Assembly: GCA_964542765.1 (NCBI GenBank)
Contig: CAZIVO010000005.1
Location: forward strand, 1,888 to 65,887
From: an uncultured candidatus Brocadiaceae bacterium
Lineage (GTDB): Bacteria; Planctomycetota; UBA1135; UBA2386
DNA: 64,000 nt
Direction of reading: 5' to 3'
The position numbers were made by a program, and so were the translations under genes. Position 1 is the stretch's first letter. Each line of letters begins with the position of its first letter. Shown here piece after piece: positions 10,801 through 20,110 of this stretch. Below the pieces are notes generated by a model. That model made no database searches. It was not told where the DNA came from and saw nothing but the letters and a program-made list of their open reading frames with translations.

Positions 10801-10871
10801 ATCAGCACTTCAGATTCACTCATCCCAAGCGGTTCTCGCCTACCGCTGCCAGGAGAGGGCCACCGGAGTGA
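10762..10871 (-). ncRNA. Candidate ~110-nt small RNA, family unknown
   Basis: TATAAG -10-like hexamer at 10880-10875, TCACTC/GAGTGA closing stem, internal GCGGT-AGGCGAGA-ACCGC hairpin, ends in the intrinsic terminator; no credible ORF. Confidence 0.35.
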
Positions 10872-11048
10872 CCTCTTATATGTGTGCCCGAGACGCTGTG
10901 CCGACGATGGTTTTTCATTCGGCGCCCAAAGAATCGCGATCGTCGGCTCGGAGGATTTGATGGGAATCGGCCTAAGTCATTCTAATAAAGTATCTAATGA
11001 CGATTCCTGGGTCGCTTGGGGATATCCCAGGGGCCGGCGATAACGAGT

Positions 11049-11270
11049 TCAATCGACTTGTACGCAGAGCCATCGATAGGCATCGACCGTGGCGGTCCAG
11101 GACGAGTATTCGTTGCGGTCGGGGATGAGCATCGTCAATTCTTCAACGATCGCCAGGCATTCCACCGCGAAGCTCGGCGATTCGCCATTTCGTGCCGCAT
11201 AAGTTGCGATGTCGTTGAGCTGGCGAAAAAGTTCGTGGATCCGCTCCTGCTTGAAGGTTCCTAACATCAT
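11049..11270 (-). CDS. Small hypothetical protein (~73 aa)
   Basis: Co-directional and just downstream of trxB; helical, protein-like composition. Start uncertain (11270 or 11297). Confidence 0.5.
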   Translation of the reverse strand: MMLGTFKQERIHELFRQLNDIATYAARNGESPSFAVECLAIVEELTMLIPDRNEYSSWTATVDAYRWLCVQVD

Positions 11271-11310
11271 TGGCCTCTGCCTCTGTATAGCAGGCAAGAG
11301 GCCTGGGGTT

Positions 11311-12252
11311 TCAGCTGTGGGAGTGAGATTCGAGCCAGCGCTCGGTTTCGATCGCGGCCATACAGCCGGTCCCAGCGGCGGTTACGGCTTGTCGGTAGTA
11401 GCTGTCCATGCAGTCGCCACAGGCGAATACGCCATCAACGTTGGTGGCCGCGCGGCCCGGGACCGTCTTGATGTAGCCGCCCTCATCCATGTCGAGGGCA
11501 TCGGCGAAGATCGTGGTATTGGGCTTGTGTCCGATCGCCAGGAAGAGTCCTTCGGAGGTTACCCGGCGGGCCTCACCGGTCTTGGTGTCGGCGATCTCGA
11601 GGCCCGTGACCTTTCCCTCTTCCACGTCGAAGACATTGGTGACTTGGCTGTTCCAGAGGATCTCGATCTTCGGGTTTTCCTGTGCTCGGTTGGCCATGAT
11701 CTTGCTTGCGCGAAACGCGTCGCGGCGAACGACCATCGAGACCTTGGTCGCGAAGCGAGTCAAGAAGGTGGCTTCTTCACAGGCCGAGTCACCACCGCCG
11801 ACGACATGGACATGCTTGTCACGGAAGAAGAATCCGTCGCAAGTAGCACAGGCCGAGACGCCGCGTCCTTGCAGGGCGAGTTCATTTTCGAGGCCGAGGT
11901 AGAGTGCCGAGGCTCCGGTCGAAATGATGAGGGTTTCTGACTCGTAGGTTTCACCGCTGCTGCTCGTGACCTTGAAGGGCCTCGAACTCATGTCAACCTT
12001 TTCGGCTGTCTCGTAGCGGACCTCCGTGCCGAATCGTTCAGCCTGGGCCTTGAACTCCTCCATCAGTTCCGGCCCGGTGATGCCCTCTCGAAACCCGGGA
12101 TAGTTTTCGACTTCCGTGGTGATTGTCAGCTGGCCACCAGGTTGGTTGCCCGCCAGCAAGAGGGGTTCGAGGGTGGATCGGGCGGCGTAGATACCGGCGG
12201 TGTAGCCGGCCGGCCCGGAACCGAGGATCATGGTCTTGCGAACGTTGGACAT
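11311..12252 (-). CDS. trxB: Thioredoxin reductase
   Basis: GSGPAGYTA, GGQLTITTEVENYPGF, CATCDG, GGGDSACEEA, YRQAVTAAGTG. Confidence 0.98.
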   Translation of the reverse strand: MSNVRKTMILGSGPAGYTAGIYAARSTLEPLLLAGNQPGGQLTITTEVENYPGFREGITGPELMEEFKAQAERFGTEVRYETAEKVDMSSRPFKVTSSSGETYESETLIISTGASALYLGLENELALQGRGVSACATCDGFFFRDKHVHVVGGGDSACEEATFLTRFATKVSMVVRRDAFRASKIMANRAQENPKIEILWNSQVTNVFDVEEGKVTGLEIADTKTGEARRVTSEGLFLAIGHKPNTTIFADALDMDEGGYIKTVPGRAATNVDGVFACGDCMDSYYRQAVTAAGTGCMAAIETERWLESHSHS

Positions 12253-12386
12253 CGGGGCTGATTGAGTGTTGGGGAAGAGGACTCCTTCCGAAATTAGCCC
12301 AAAGGTGTCCGTGGACGGGAGGGGATTCTTCGGATCTCGACACCGGAAGGTTGCAGTATCTGCAGCCCGAAACGCGGTTCAGCCCT

Positions 12387-12764
12387 CTACTGCTGGTGGA
12401 ATCCTGCCGTCGCGATCAGGTCGACGCGATACTCGCCATTTTCTCTTGCCACCACGAATCGCGAGGCTCGGTGGTTTTCGTTTGGATCCACGATCTTCAA
12501 GATCACGTTGGGGCGTTGGAGATTGCCACCGGTGACCAGCAACTTCTTGCTGGATTGGTCGAGGGGAATGGTATTGACCAGTTTCCGCGAGTCGCGGGTC
12601 AGGCACTTGTGCAGAGCATCGCGATCGCCTGTCAAGATCGCTCCCTGGAAGCGGGAGAAGGCGCTCCGCGCCTTCTCGATCTCTGCGGCATCAGACGAGC
12701 AGGCCGGCAGCAAGAGGCACAGGAGGATCAGGCAGGATGTCTTCACGAACGCGTTCACTCCCAT
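12387..12764 (-). CDS. Hypothetical lipoprotein
   Basis: Hydrophobic N-terminus with lipobox-like LPAC; lies between the ABC ATPase and trxB on the same strand. Confidence 0.6.
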   Translation of the reverse strand: MGVNAFVKTSCLILLCLLLPACSSDAAEIEKARSAFSRFQGAILTGDRDALHKCLTRDSRKLVNTIPLDQSSKKLLVTGGNLQRPNVILKIVDPNENHRASRFVVARENGEYRVDLIATAGFHQQ

Positions 12765-12795
12765 ATCATCGGCTATTGGGGGCCTCGGACCTTAG

Positions 12796-13590
12796 TCAGT
12801 CGGTTTCGGCGGCGGCTGCAGACGAGCCCGAAGTGTCTCCCAGGATCTCTCGGGCTCTCACCGCCGGGTCTCCTGCTTGCGTGAGTTTCGCGAAGAGTCG
12901 CTCGAGGCTCGCGTCCGTGCCTACCTTGCGGCGGAGATCGTCGAGGGTCCCCGAGGCGAGGAGTCGCCCATGATCGATGACGGCCACACGGTCGGCGAGC
13001 GTTTCGACGACATCCAGAAGGTGGCTGCAGTAGATGACCGTGCCACCGTCGCGAGCGAAGGCTCGGAGCACCTCCTTGAGCACCATGGTGGTCTCGACAT
13101 CGAGTCCGGCGAGTGGCTCGTCGAGAACCAAGACGCGGGGGTCGGTGAGCAGAGAGGCTGCGAGTGCGACCTTCTGCGTCATCCCCTTGCTGAATCCTCC
13201 GATCGGTTCATGTCGGCGATCGAAGATCTGAAAGCCGCGCAGCAATCGCTCGCTGGTTGCGGCGATGGTTTCCTCGCTCATCGAGAACAGCCGCCCCTTC
13301 AAGGTGAGATATTCTTCGGAGGTCAGGGCCTCGTGCAGAGTTGCAACCTCGGGCAGGTACGAGACGATTCGACGCGCAGCTTGGGGATCATCGGTGAGGT
13401 TTTTCCCATCGATGAGGATCGTTCCCGCATCCGGCTGGAGCAGGCCGACGATGCACTGCACGGTGGTGCTCTTGCCGGCACCGTTGGGCCCGAGCAGTGC
13501 CAGAATTTCGCCACGCTCGACCGAGAGACTCAAAGAGTCAACGGCGACCAGATCGCCGTAGCACTTTCGGATTCCATCGAGCTTGATCAT
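12796..13590 (-). CDS. ABC-2 type transporter ATP-binding protein
   Basis: GPNGAGKST, FSKGMTQK, LVLDEPLAGLD, CSH, SLERLF. Confidence 0.92.
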   Translation of the reverse strand: MIKLDGIRKCYGDLVAVDSLSLSVERGEILALLGPNGAGKSTTVQCIVGLLQPDAGTILIDGKNLTDDPQAARRIVSYLPEVATLHEALTSEEYLTLKGRLFSMSEETIAATSERLLRGFQIFDRRHEPIGGFSKGMTQKVALAASLLTDPRVLVLDEPLAGLDVETTMVLKEVLRAFARDGGTVIYCSHLLDVVETLADRVAVIDHGRLLASGTLDDLRRKVGTDASLERLFAKLTQAGDPAVRAREILGDTSGSSAAAAETD

Positions 13591-13652
13591 CGGTTCGCGG
13601 AGTTGTTGCGGGTTCTGTATGATCCCTGGCGATCAGATCTTGCGCAATCGTT

Positions 13653-14858
13653 GTGAAAAGACGCTTCCTTTCCATCCTCCTCGTGACATTTGTTGCGCCG
13701 CAGGTTTGCTCTCAAACCGAGGAGATTCCGCGCCTGGAACTCACCGAGGCCTTTCCTGCGCAGGGGAAATTCAAGCTGCCACTCCGGGTCGGTCACCATT
13801 CCACTGATCCGGACGTGTACTACGTGGTCGAGCAGGACGGGGTCATTTCGCGGATTCCTCGCGATGGCGGGGTCAAGGGCCGTGAGATTTTCCTCGATTG
13901 GAGGAAACGTTGTCTGCGTAAGAACTGGGAAGAGGGGCTGCTCGGTCTCGCGTTTGACCCAGACTATGCTGACAACGAGTTCATCTACATCTACTACTCC
14001 GAGAAGGTTGTTGCGGAGAAGGGTGCGGGTGCCATCCGGCGTCGCAGCGTGATCGCACGCTTGAAGAAGATCGACGGCTTCGCCGGTCCGACGGTCGATA
14101 TCGAGTCTGAACTCGTGATCCTCACGGTTCCTCAGCCCTTCGGGAATCACAACGGAGGCACGATCCTGTTCGGTCCGGATGGGATGCTTTACATCGCCCT
14201 TGGTGATGGTGGCAAGGCCAACGACCCGCACGGTAACGGGCAGAACAGGGAGACCCTTCTTGGTTCGATCCTGCGGATCGATGTTCGCGGAGCTTCTGTC
14301 GCGAGGCCATACCGCATCCCACCGGACAATCCTTTTGTCGGTGAGGATGGCGGTGTGCGCCATGAGATCTGGGCGTGGGGTTTGCGGAATCCCTGGGGAG
14401 TTTCTTTTGACCGGGAGACTGGCGATCTCTGGTGCGGCGATGTTGGGCAGGTTCTGCTCGAGGAGGTCGATCGCATCGTCAAGGGTGGGAACTACGGGTG
14501 GAATTTCAGAGAAGGCACCCAATCCTTCGAGCTTGGTCATCGCTGGCCACAGGAACCCGAAGGGATGATCGAGCCGGTCGTTGTTTATCCGCGTGAGAAA
14601 GGCATCTCGATCACCGGAGGTCATGTCTATCGAGGTTCTCGAATCCCCGAGCTTCAAGGTCGCTACATCTACAGCGATTTTGGTAGCGGTCGGATCTGGG
14701 CGGTCAAGGAAGATCGAAAGGGGGGCGCTACCGAAGTATGGGAGCTGGCTCATACCGGCAAGCAGATCACCAACTTCGCCGAACTCCCCGATGGTGAACT
14801 CCTTGCCCTCTGCTACGACGGCATGATTTACAGCCTGAGAGAGGTCAAGGGCCGCTAG
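13653..14858 (+). CDS. PQQ-dependent glucose/sorbosone dehydrogenase family protein, secreted
   Basis: Signal peptide; EEGLLGLAFDP, QPFGNHNGG, GPDGMLYIALGDGG, EIWAWGLRNPW, GGNYGW, SITGG. Confidence 0.9.
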   Translation: MKRRFLSILLVTFVAPQVCSQTEEIPRLELTEAFPAQGKFKLPLRVGHHSTDPDVYYVVEQDGVISRIPRDGGVKGREIFLDWRKRCLRKNWEEGLLGLAFDPDYADNEFIYIYYSEKVVAEKGAGAIRRRSVIARLKKIDGFAGPTVDIESELVILTVPQPFGNHNGGTILFGPDGMLYIALGDGGKANDPHGNGQNRETLLGSILRIDVRGASVARPYRIPPDNPFVGEDGGVRHEIWAWGLRNPWGVSFDRETGDLWCGDVGQVLLEEVDRIVKGGNYGWNFREGTQSFELGHRWPQEPEGMIEPVVVYPREKGISITGGHVYRGSRIPELQGRYIYSDFGSGRIWAVKEDRKGGATEVWELAHTGKQITNFAELPDGELLALCYDGMIYSLREVKGR

Positions 14859-14883
14859 CGACGTGTTGCGGTGGTTCCTTCGA

Positions 14884-16074
14884 TCAGAAGGTCAGCTTCA
14901 ACTGCGTTTCGATCACCCGGTCGAGGATGGCGTACGAGTGTTCCCATCTGAACCGGTCTCGCACGAATTGCGCCGCACGTTGCCCCATGCTTCGCGCCAT
15001 CTGTGGTTCGGAGAGCATCTTGCAGACGGCCTCGGTGGTTGCGGCACTGCCGTCGGCGATGCACAGAGTGTCCTTGTCGAGGTCGCCGAGTCCCTGAGCT
15101 GCCTGTGGAGAGGCTACGACGGGCACCGACATACTCATGGCTTCGAGAACCTTGTTCTGGACGCCACGAGCCAATCGCAGAGGTGCTATCGCCACGGCCG
15201 CCTGATCGAAATAGGGCTGAGTTTCAGGCACCCGTCCGGTCACCTCGACTCCGGGGTGTCGAACGAGATCGCGAACTGACCGGGTCGGCCGGCTGCCAAC
15301 GATGAGCAGGCGTGCATCGGCGAAGGCTCGCCGGATCGAAGGCCAGCACTTGTCGACGAACCACATCACTCCGTCAACGTTTGGTTCGTAGTCCATGACC
15401 CCGGTGAAGATCAAGGTATGGGTGTCGCGCTCATCATCACCGCGCGAGGTAAAGGCATCGACGTCAACGCCATTGGGCAGGACGACCGGTTCTATTTCGG
15501 GGATACGATCCATGAAGAGGGTTTTCTCGACGTCAGAAACGACAAGGGAGATATCAAATTCCCGGGCAACACATTGTTCGAATGTGAGTAGTCGTTGCGC
15601 TTCGCGGCGATAAATCCAGCGAGATAGCGGTCCGCAGCGTTGCGCATACTGGGCCCACTTATCCGAGTCCAGCTCTGCGAATTGCATGATTCGGGCCGCT
15701 GTCTGTTTCCCTGTTACATATTGAGCCATCGAGGATGAATAGACATGGATCAGGTCCGGGGGATCTTCGGCGATCCATTGGCTCACTGTTCGGGTGAGTT
15801 CTCGCGAGCGAAAGAAGGGCAGCGTCAAGGGTTCTCCGCTGGCGAGGCCGCGGAGGCTGGTGAACTTCCTCGTGCCTTGGTGGATGCGAGCGGCGAAGAC
15901 CTCTGCACCGTCGATCTGCTTGGCCGATTCCAGGTCTTGTTCGTCTTCAGCCAAGCAGCCGACACGGACATCTGCGCCACGATCGAGCAAGTGGCGAAGG
16001 ACGTGATGTGTGGTGATGCGGTCCCCGCGATCAGGGGGATATGGCACACGCTGGCTGAGGAAGAGGATGTTCAA
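14884..16074 (-). CDS. GT4 glycosyltransferase (TIGR03087-like sugar transferase)
   Basis: LSQRVPYPPDRGDRI, ELDSDKWAQYA, FTGVMDYEPNVDG, PLRLARGVQNKVLEAM; TTG start 16074 preferred. Confidence 0.88.
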   Translation of the reverse strand: MNILFLSQRVPYPPDRGDRITTHHVLRHLLDRGADVRVGCLAEDEQDLESAKQIDGAEVFAARIHQGTRKFTSLRGLASGEPLTLPFFRSRELTRTVSQWIAEDPPDLIHVYSSSMAQYVTGKQTAARIMQFAELDSDKWAQYAQRCGPLSRWIYRREAQRLLTFEQCVAREFDISLVVSDVEKTLFMDRIPEIEPVVLPNGVDVDAFTSRGDDERDTHTLIFTGVMDYEPNVDGVMWFVDKCWPSIRRAFADARLLIVGSRPTRSVRDLVRHPGVEVTGRVPETQPYFDQAAVAIAPLRLARGVQNKVLEAMSMSVPVVASPQAAQGLGDLDKDTLCIADGSAATTEAVCKMLSEPQMARSMGQRAAQFVRDRFRWEHSYAILDRVIETQLKLTF

Positions 16075-16520
16075 TGACGGTGATCTTGCATTCTTGAGGA
16101 TGGCAAGCAAGGCCACAGGATGTGGATCTGGCGAGGATCTTGGGTCTGGAACAGTTTGTATCCCACCCGCTGGCGGGGTTACCGGCAAACCCAAAGGCCG
16201 TGGCCCGACTGTCAGCACCCTTGGCAATGGTTCGCAGCATGACTGTTCTGGTGGATGAGGTAGGCTTGATTGAGTGCTACAGGGATCTGTTGACTGTGGT
16301 TTCTGTCGGTAGAACCACGGTCTTATTCGCTACCATCAGTGCCGAGGCTTGAGCTTGCGTCTCGATCCATCGGTTGGTCCGTTTTGTTAACCACACCATC
16401 CAGAGTGCAGAAGCCAACACCACCACATGTCCGAAGCTGGTGGTTGCCCGCGATGGAGAGGGTCCGTTCCTTGAACAGGGACGATGTTAAGCGGAGTGAC
16501 CGCATGAGGCGTGCGCGGTC

Positions 16521-17927
16521 ATGAAATTCAGTCGCTGGGTTGTCTTCACTTTCGTCATCCACATCTTTGTCATTGCGATCGACAAGGGTGCCGGCCTGAT
16601 TCTGTTCAAGATTCTGGAAGATCAGCCTGATGTGAAGGGAGCTGCTGACCTGCTCACCATCTTGCCCTTCATCATGATGGCGATCGCGAATCTCGGGCTT
16701 GCGACGTCTCTGGTCTACTACGTGAGACGGAAGGTGTTCGGTTTGACCGAGGTGGCGGAGACATGCAGTCTCGTTGCCTTCGTCTGGGGTTCCGTTGTTG
16801 CTGTTCTGGCCATTGTTGCGAGCCAGACCATAGGGCCCATCATCGAGCCGAGTTGGGAGTGGAGCCTCAACTACGTCATCCCGATTTCCTTGTGCGTCCC
16901 TTTCCTTCTCACCACGAGCTACTTCAACAGCCTTCAACTCGCGGTGGGTCAGATCCGGAACTACAACCTCATCCATCTCTTTTCATCGGGGTTGTTCTTG
17001 CCGATGTTCCTCTTGTTCTATTGGCTCTTGCCGGCTGATGAGGTGCCGGTCAGCATCGCCATGGCGCGCCTTGTCACGGCGGTGGCGATGTCGGTTCTGA
17101 CGGTCTGGATGCTCCGCCATCTCGTGATCTGGAGGCCGCGGATGCACTGGACCTTCTTCAAGGCCGGCGTGTCCTACGGCTGGAAGGCGAACCTGACTTC
17201 GGTACTCACCTATCTCAATCATCGGATCGATCTGTTCGTCGTCGTGGTTCTCTTCGTGCCAGGCGCGGTGGTGTTCGCCGAAGGAGGCGCACGCGGCGTT
17301 GCCGAAGCGCAGCTGGCCCAGGCAGCCTTCTACAGTCTGGCGGTCACCTTCGCCGAGTTCGTCTGGCACTTTCCCGAGGCTACCCGCGACCTTTTCTTCA
17401 GCAAGGTTGCCGGGTCGAATGACAAGGAAGCGGCCAGATTCACGCCGATACTGTGCCGACTCAGCCTGGTGGCGTCGTTGCTGGGCGGCATCGCCATTTA
17501 TTTCCTTGTAGATCCGTTGATGTCATTACTGAGCCCGAATGCCTGGGAAGAGAGGTGGCAAGAAACGGTCCTCGCAAGCCTGCTGGTCTTGTTGCCGGGC
17601 ACCGTTGGCTTCACCGTGGCGAAGATCTTGCAGAACGATCTGGCTGCTCGTGGGCATATCGATCGGTGTTTGATCGCGACCGTTACCGTGCTGGTGGTGA
17701 TGCTCAGCCTGGACGTTGTCTGGGTTCCCGTTGATGGTGCGGTGGGCGCGGCCTGGGCCTCTTCGATCGCGTATTTATGGTCGGCCATCTACACCCTGTA
17801 TTCCTACCGCCGATGTGGCGGCGGCACGGTATGGGAGTGCCTCTTTGTTCGCCCGTCCGATTGGGTCTACGTGAAGCAGATCTTTGCTGCGGTCATCGAG
17901 AAGATCAAAGGGAGGGGCAAGGCGTGA
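16521..17927 (+). CDS. Polysaccharide/oligosaccharide flippase (Wzx/MOP superfamily)
   Basis: 12 or more hydrophobic segments, NLGLATSLVYY, LNHRIDLF, YSLAVTFAE, GAVGAAWASSIAY. Confidence 0.85.
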   Translation: MKFSRWVVFTFVIHIFVIAIDKGAGLILFKILEDQPDVKGAADLLTILPFIMMAIANLGLATSLVYYVRRKVFGLTEVAETCSLVAFVWGSVVAVLAIVASQTIGPIIEPSWEWSLNYVIPISLCVPFLLTTSYFNSLQLAVGQIRNYNLIHLFSSGLFLPMFLLFYWLLPADEVPVSIAMARLVTAVAMSVLTVWMLRHLVIWRPRMHWTFFKAGVSYGWKANLTSVLTYLNHRIDLFVVVVLFVPGAVVFAEGGARGVAEAQLAQAAFYSLAVTFAEFVWHFPEATRDLFFSKVAGSNDKEAARFTPILCRLSLVASLLGGIAIYFLVDPLMSLLSPNAWEERWQETVLASLLVLLPGTVGFTVAKILQNDLAARGHIDRCLIATVTVLVVMLSLDVVWVPVDGAVGAAWASSIAYLWSAIYTLYSYRRCGGGTVWECLFVRPSDWVYVKQIFAAVIEKIKGRGKA

Positions 17928-18802
17928 CCGCAATGGATGACGTGGCGGTGGTGGTGCCCGCGTTCAACGCCGCTGATTATCTTGGTGAGGCATTGGACTC
18001 GATCGCCGCACAGACGCGGCCTCCGGTTGAGGTCGTTGTCATCGATGACGGATCGACGGATGGCACACCCGCTATTGCTGAAGATCGTGGGGTGAGGTGC
18101 ATCACCCAGGAGAATGCGGGGCCTGCTGCGGCACGCAATCGTGGAATCAAAGAGACCGGGGCTCCACTGGTCGCCTTCCTCGATGCCGATGATCGTTTCG
18201 TGCCGGAGAAGCTCGATCGGCAGGTTGCGGAACTTCATTCAACGGACGCGGTTGCTTGTTTCACGGATGCATGGAATTTGGTGGACGGAGTTCGTCGCGA
18301 TAGGAAGGTTCGAGCTGATATGGCTGGAGGTGCGGTTCATCTCGCAGACCTTCTCCCGGGGAATCCGGTCATCTGTAGTTCCGTAGTTGTCCGGCGCGAT
18401 GCTCTCGCCGAGGTCGGAGATTTCGATGCGGACCCTGTGCTTGTTTCAACCGAGGACTACGACCTCTGGCTTCGACTTCTGGAACTGGGCGAAATGCGCT
18501 ATATCGCTGATCCACTTGCGGACTACCGCGTCCATTGCGCGAGTCTGTCGGACAACCTGCGGTTTCTTTCCGGCATTGACCGCATCATGGAGAAACTCGC
18601 TGAACGTCAGGCTGGCCTCGCCGGGCTGGCCGAACTCGTGGCCCGGCGTCGGGCCGGCGTTCGGATCGACGCCGCCTACGATGCTGTGAGGGCCGGACGG
18701 GGAAGGCAGGCCCGGGAGTTGTTGAGCGAGGCACGCCGTCTAGGGGGCTGGAGCTGGCCTTTGGCGAGGGTCTGGATGAGGGCCAGGTGGCCATTCTCCT
18801 GA
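17924..18802 (+). CDS. GT2 family glycosyltransferase
   Basis: VVVPAFNA, IDDGSTD, GPAAARNRG, FLDADD, EDYDLWLR; GTG 17924 overlaps the flippase stop. Confidence 0.92.
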   Translation: MTAMDDVAVVVPAFNAADYLGEALDSIAAQTRPPVEVVVIDDGSTDGTPAIAEDRGVRCITQENAGPAAARNRGIKETGAPLVAFLDADDRFVPEKLDRQVAELHSTDAVACFTDAWNLVDGVRRDRKVRADMAGGAVHLADLLPGNPVICSSVVVRRDALAEVGDFDADPVLVSTEDYDLWLRLLELGEMRYIADPLADYRVHCASLSDNLRFLSGIDRIMEKLAERQAGLAGLAELVARRRAGVRIDAAYDAVRAGRGRQARELLSEARRLGGWSWPLARVWMRARWPFS

Positions 18803-18994
18803 CCATACCGGCGCTGGAGCGATATATGGCCAGACCCGCCCGTGTCGAGAAGGGGACAAGTACGGACCAGCGAATAGCCCGGTTGTAAGGATTGGGAGTG
18901 GATACCCGGCGTGAGTTGGCAAGGGACGGCTTGCTTACCTATAGTAGTTTCGACCTCTTGGGGAGGAGCCAGCATGCTGTGGCCACAGAGCCCG

Positions 18995-20086
18995 ATGCCA
19001 GAAGCGGAACACATGGAGATCACAGAGTTACCAACCGAGGGATACGAGCGAGTAGTCAAGGCTCACGATCCTGAATCGGGTCTTCGGGCGATCATCTCTG
19101 TCTACGACACCACACTGGGTCCGGCAGTGGGTGGGCTTCGCATGTGGCCGTATGAATCCGAGGAGGATGCTCTGTTCGATGTGCTGCGTCTCTCGAAGGG
19201 GATGGCCTACAAGTCCGCTGTCGCGCACACCGGGATGGGTGGTGGTAAGGCGGTGATCATCGGTGATCCAGCAGCGATCAAGTCGGATGAACTCTATTTA
19301 GCGATGGGTCGCTTCATCGATTCCTTGGATGGGCTCTACTACACGGCAGAAGACGTCAATACCCGTGTCAGAGATCTCGAGGTCATCCGGCGTGTTACAC
19401 CCTACGTGACGGGCCTGGCTCGCGAATCTGGCGGCAGCGGCAATCCGTCACCTTACACGGCATACGGAGTGTATCTCGGGATTCGTGCGGCACTGGGCTG
19501 GAGATTCGGTTCGGATGACCCCAAGGGTCGTAGCGTCGTGATCCAGGGTGTCGGTGCTGTGGGGTCCGAAATTTGCTATCGCCTTCGCGATGCGGGTGCT
19601 CACGTGTTTGTCGCCGACCCGAAGACTGAAAAAGTTGCGGCAGCGGTCGATCAATGGGGTGCCGAGGAGATTGTGGAAGAGGATGTTCTGGTGGCGGATG
19701 TCGACGTCCTGGCTCCTTGCGCTCTCGGTGCCATCATCGACGACGATACCTTGCCAGGCTTGCGCTGTAAGATCATTGCCGGCGCAACGAACAACCCGTT
19801 ACTCGATGCTCGTCATGGTGAGGAGTTGAGAGACCGAGGCATCCTTTATGCGCCTGACTACGTGATCAACTCTGGTGGGATCATCAATGTGGCCTGTGAA
19901 TTCGAAGACGGTGGCTACGATGAGAGTCATGCTATTCGCCGGATCGAGCGTATCCCGCAGGCTTTGCGTGAGCTATGGACCATCGCCAAGGCGGAAGGCA
20001 TTCCTCCGAGCCGGGCGGCCGATCGCTTGGCCGAGAAGATCCTGGCTGAGGCCTCTGTGACCCCCGAGTCGCCGAACCCGGTTTAG
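18995..20086 (+). CDS. Glu/Leu/Phe/Val dehydrogenase (leucine dehydrogenase-like)
   Basis: LGPAVGGLRM, GMAYKSA, GGGKAVI, AEDVNT, GSGNPSPYTAYG, QGVGAVG, YAPDYVINSGG. Start uncertain (18995 or 19013). Confidence 0.9.
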   Translation: MPEAEHMEITELPTEGYERVVKAHDPESGLRAIISVYDTTLGPAVGGLRMWPYESEEDALFDVLRLSKGMAYKSAVAHTGMGGGKAVIIGDPAAIKSDELYLAMGRFIDSLDGLYYTAEDVNTRVRDLEVIRRVTPYVTGLARESGGSGNPSPYTAYGVYLGIRAALGWRFGSDDPKGRSVVIQGVGAVGSEICYRLRDAGAHVFVADPKTEKVAAAVDQWGAEEIVEEDVLVADVDVLAPCALGAIIDDDTLPGLRCKIIAGATNNPLLDARHGEELRDRGILYAPDYVINSGGIINVACEFEDGGYDESHAIRRIERIPQALRELWTIAKAEGIPPSRAADRLAEKILAEASVTPESPNPV

Positions 20087-20110
20087 GGGCGGCTGTTTCT
20101 GTGGTTGCCG

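Noticed and set aside
9839..10960. 373-aa plus-strand ORF
   Set aside because: Antisense to thyA; no recognisable domain.
10971..11001. dif/Xer site in the AT-rich patch
   Set aside because: No match to the XerD arm TTATGTTAAAT; kept only as a possible regulator dyad.
13587..14753. 388-aa minus-strand ORF
   Set aside because: Antisense shadow of the well-supported PQQ dehydrogenase; common at high GC.
14884..18802. PEP-CTERM/exosortase system implied by the TIGR03087-like GT
   Set aside because: No exosortase or PEP-CTERM-tailed protein in the window.
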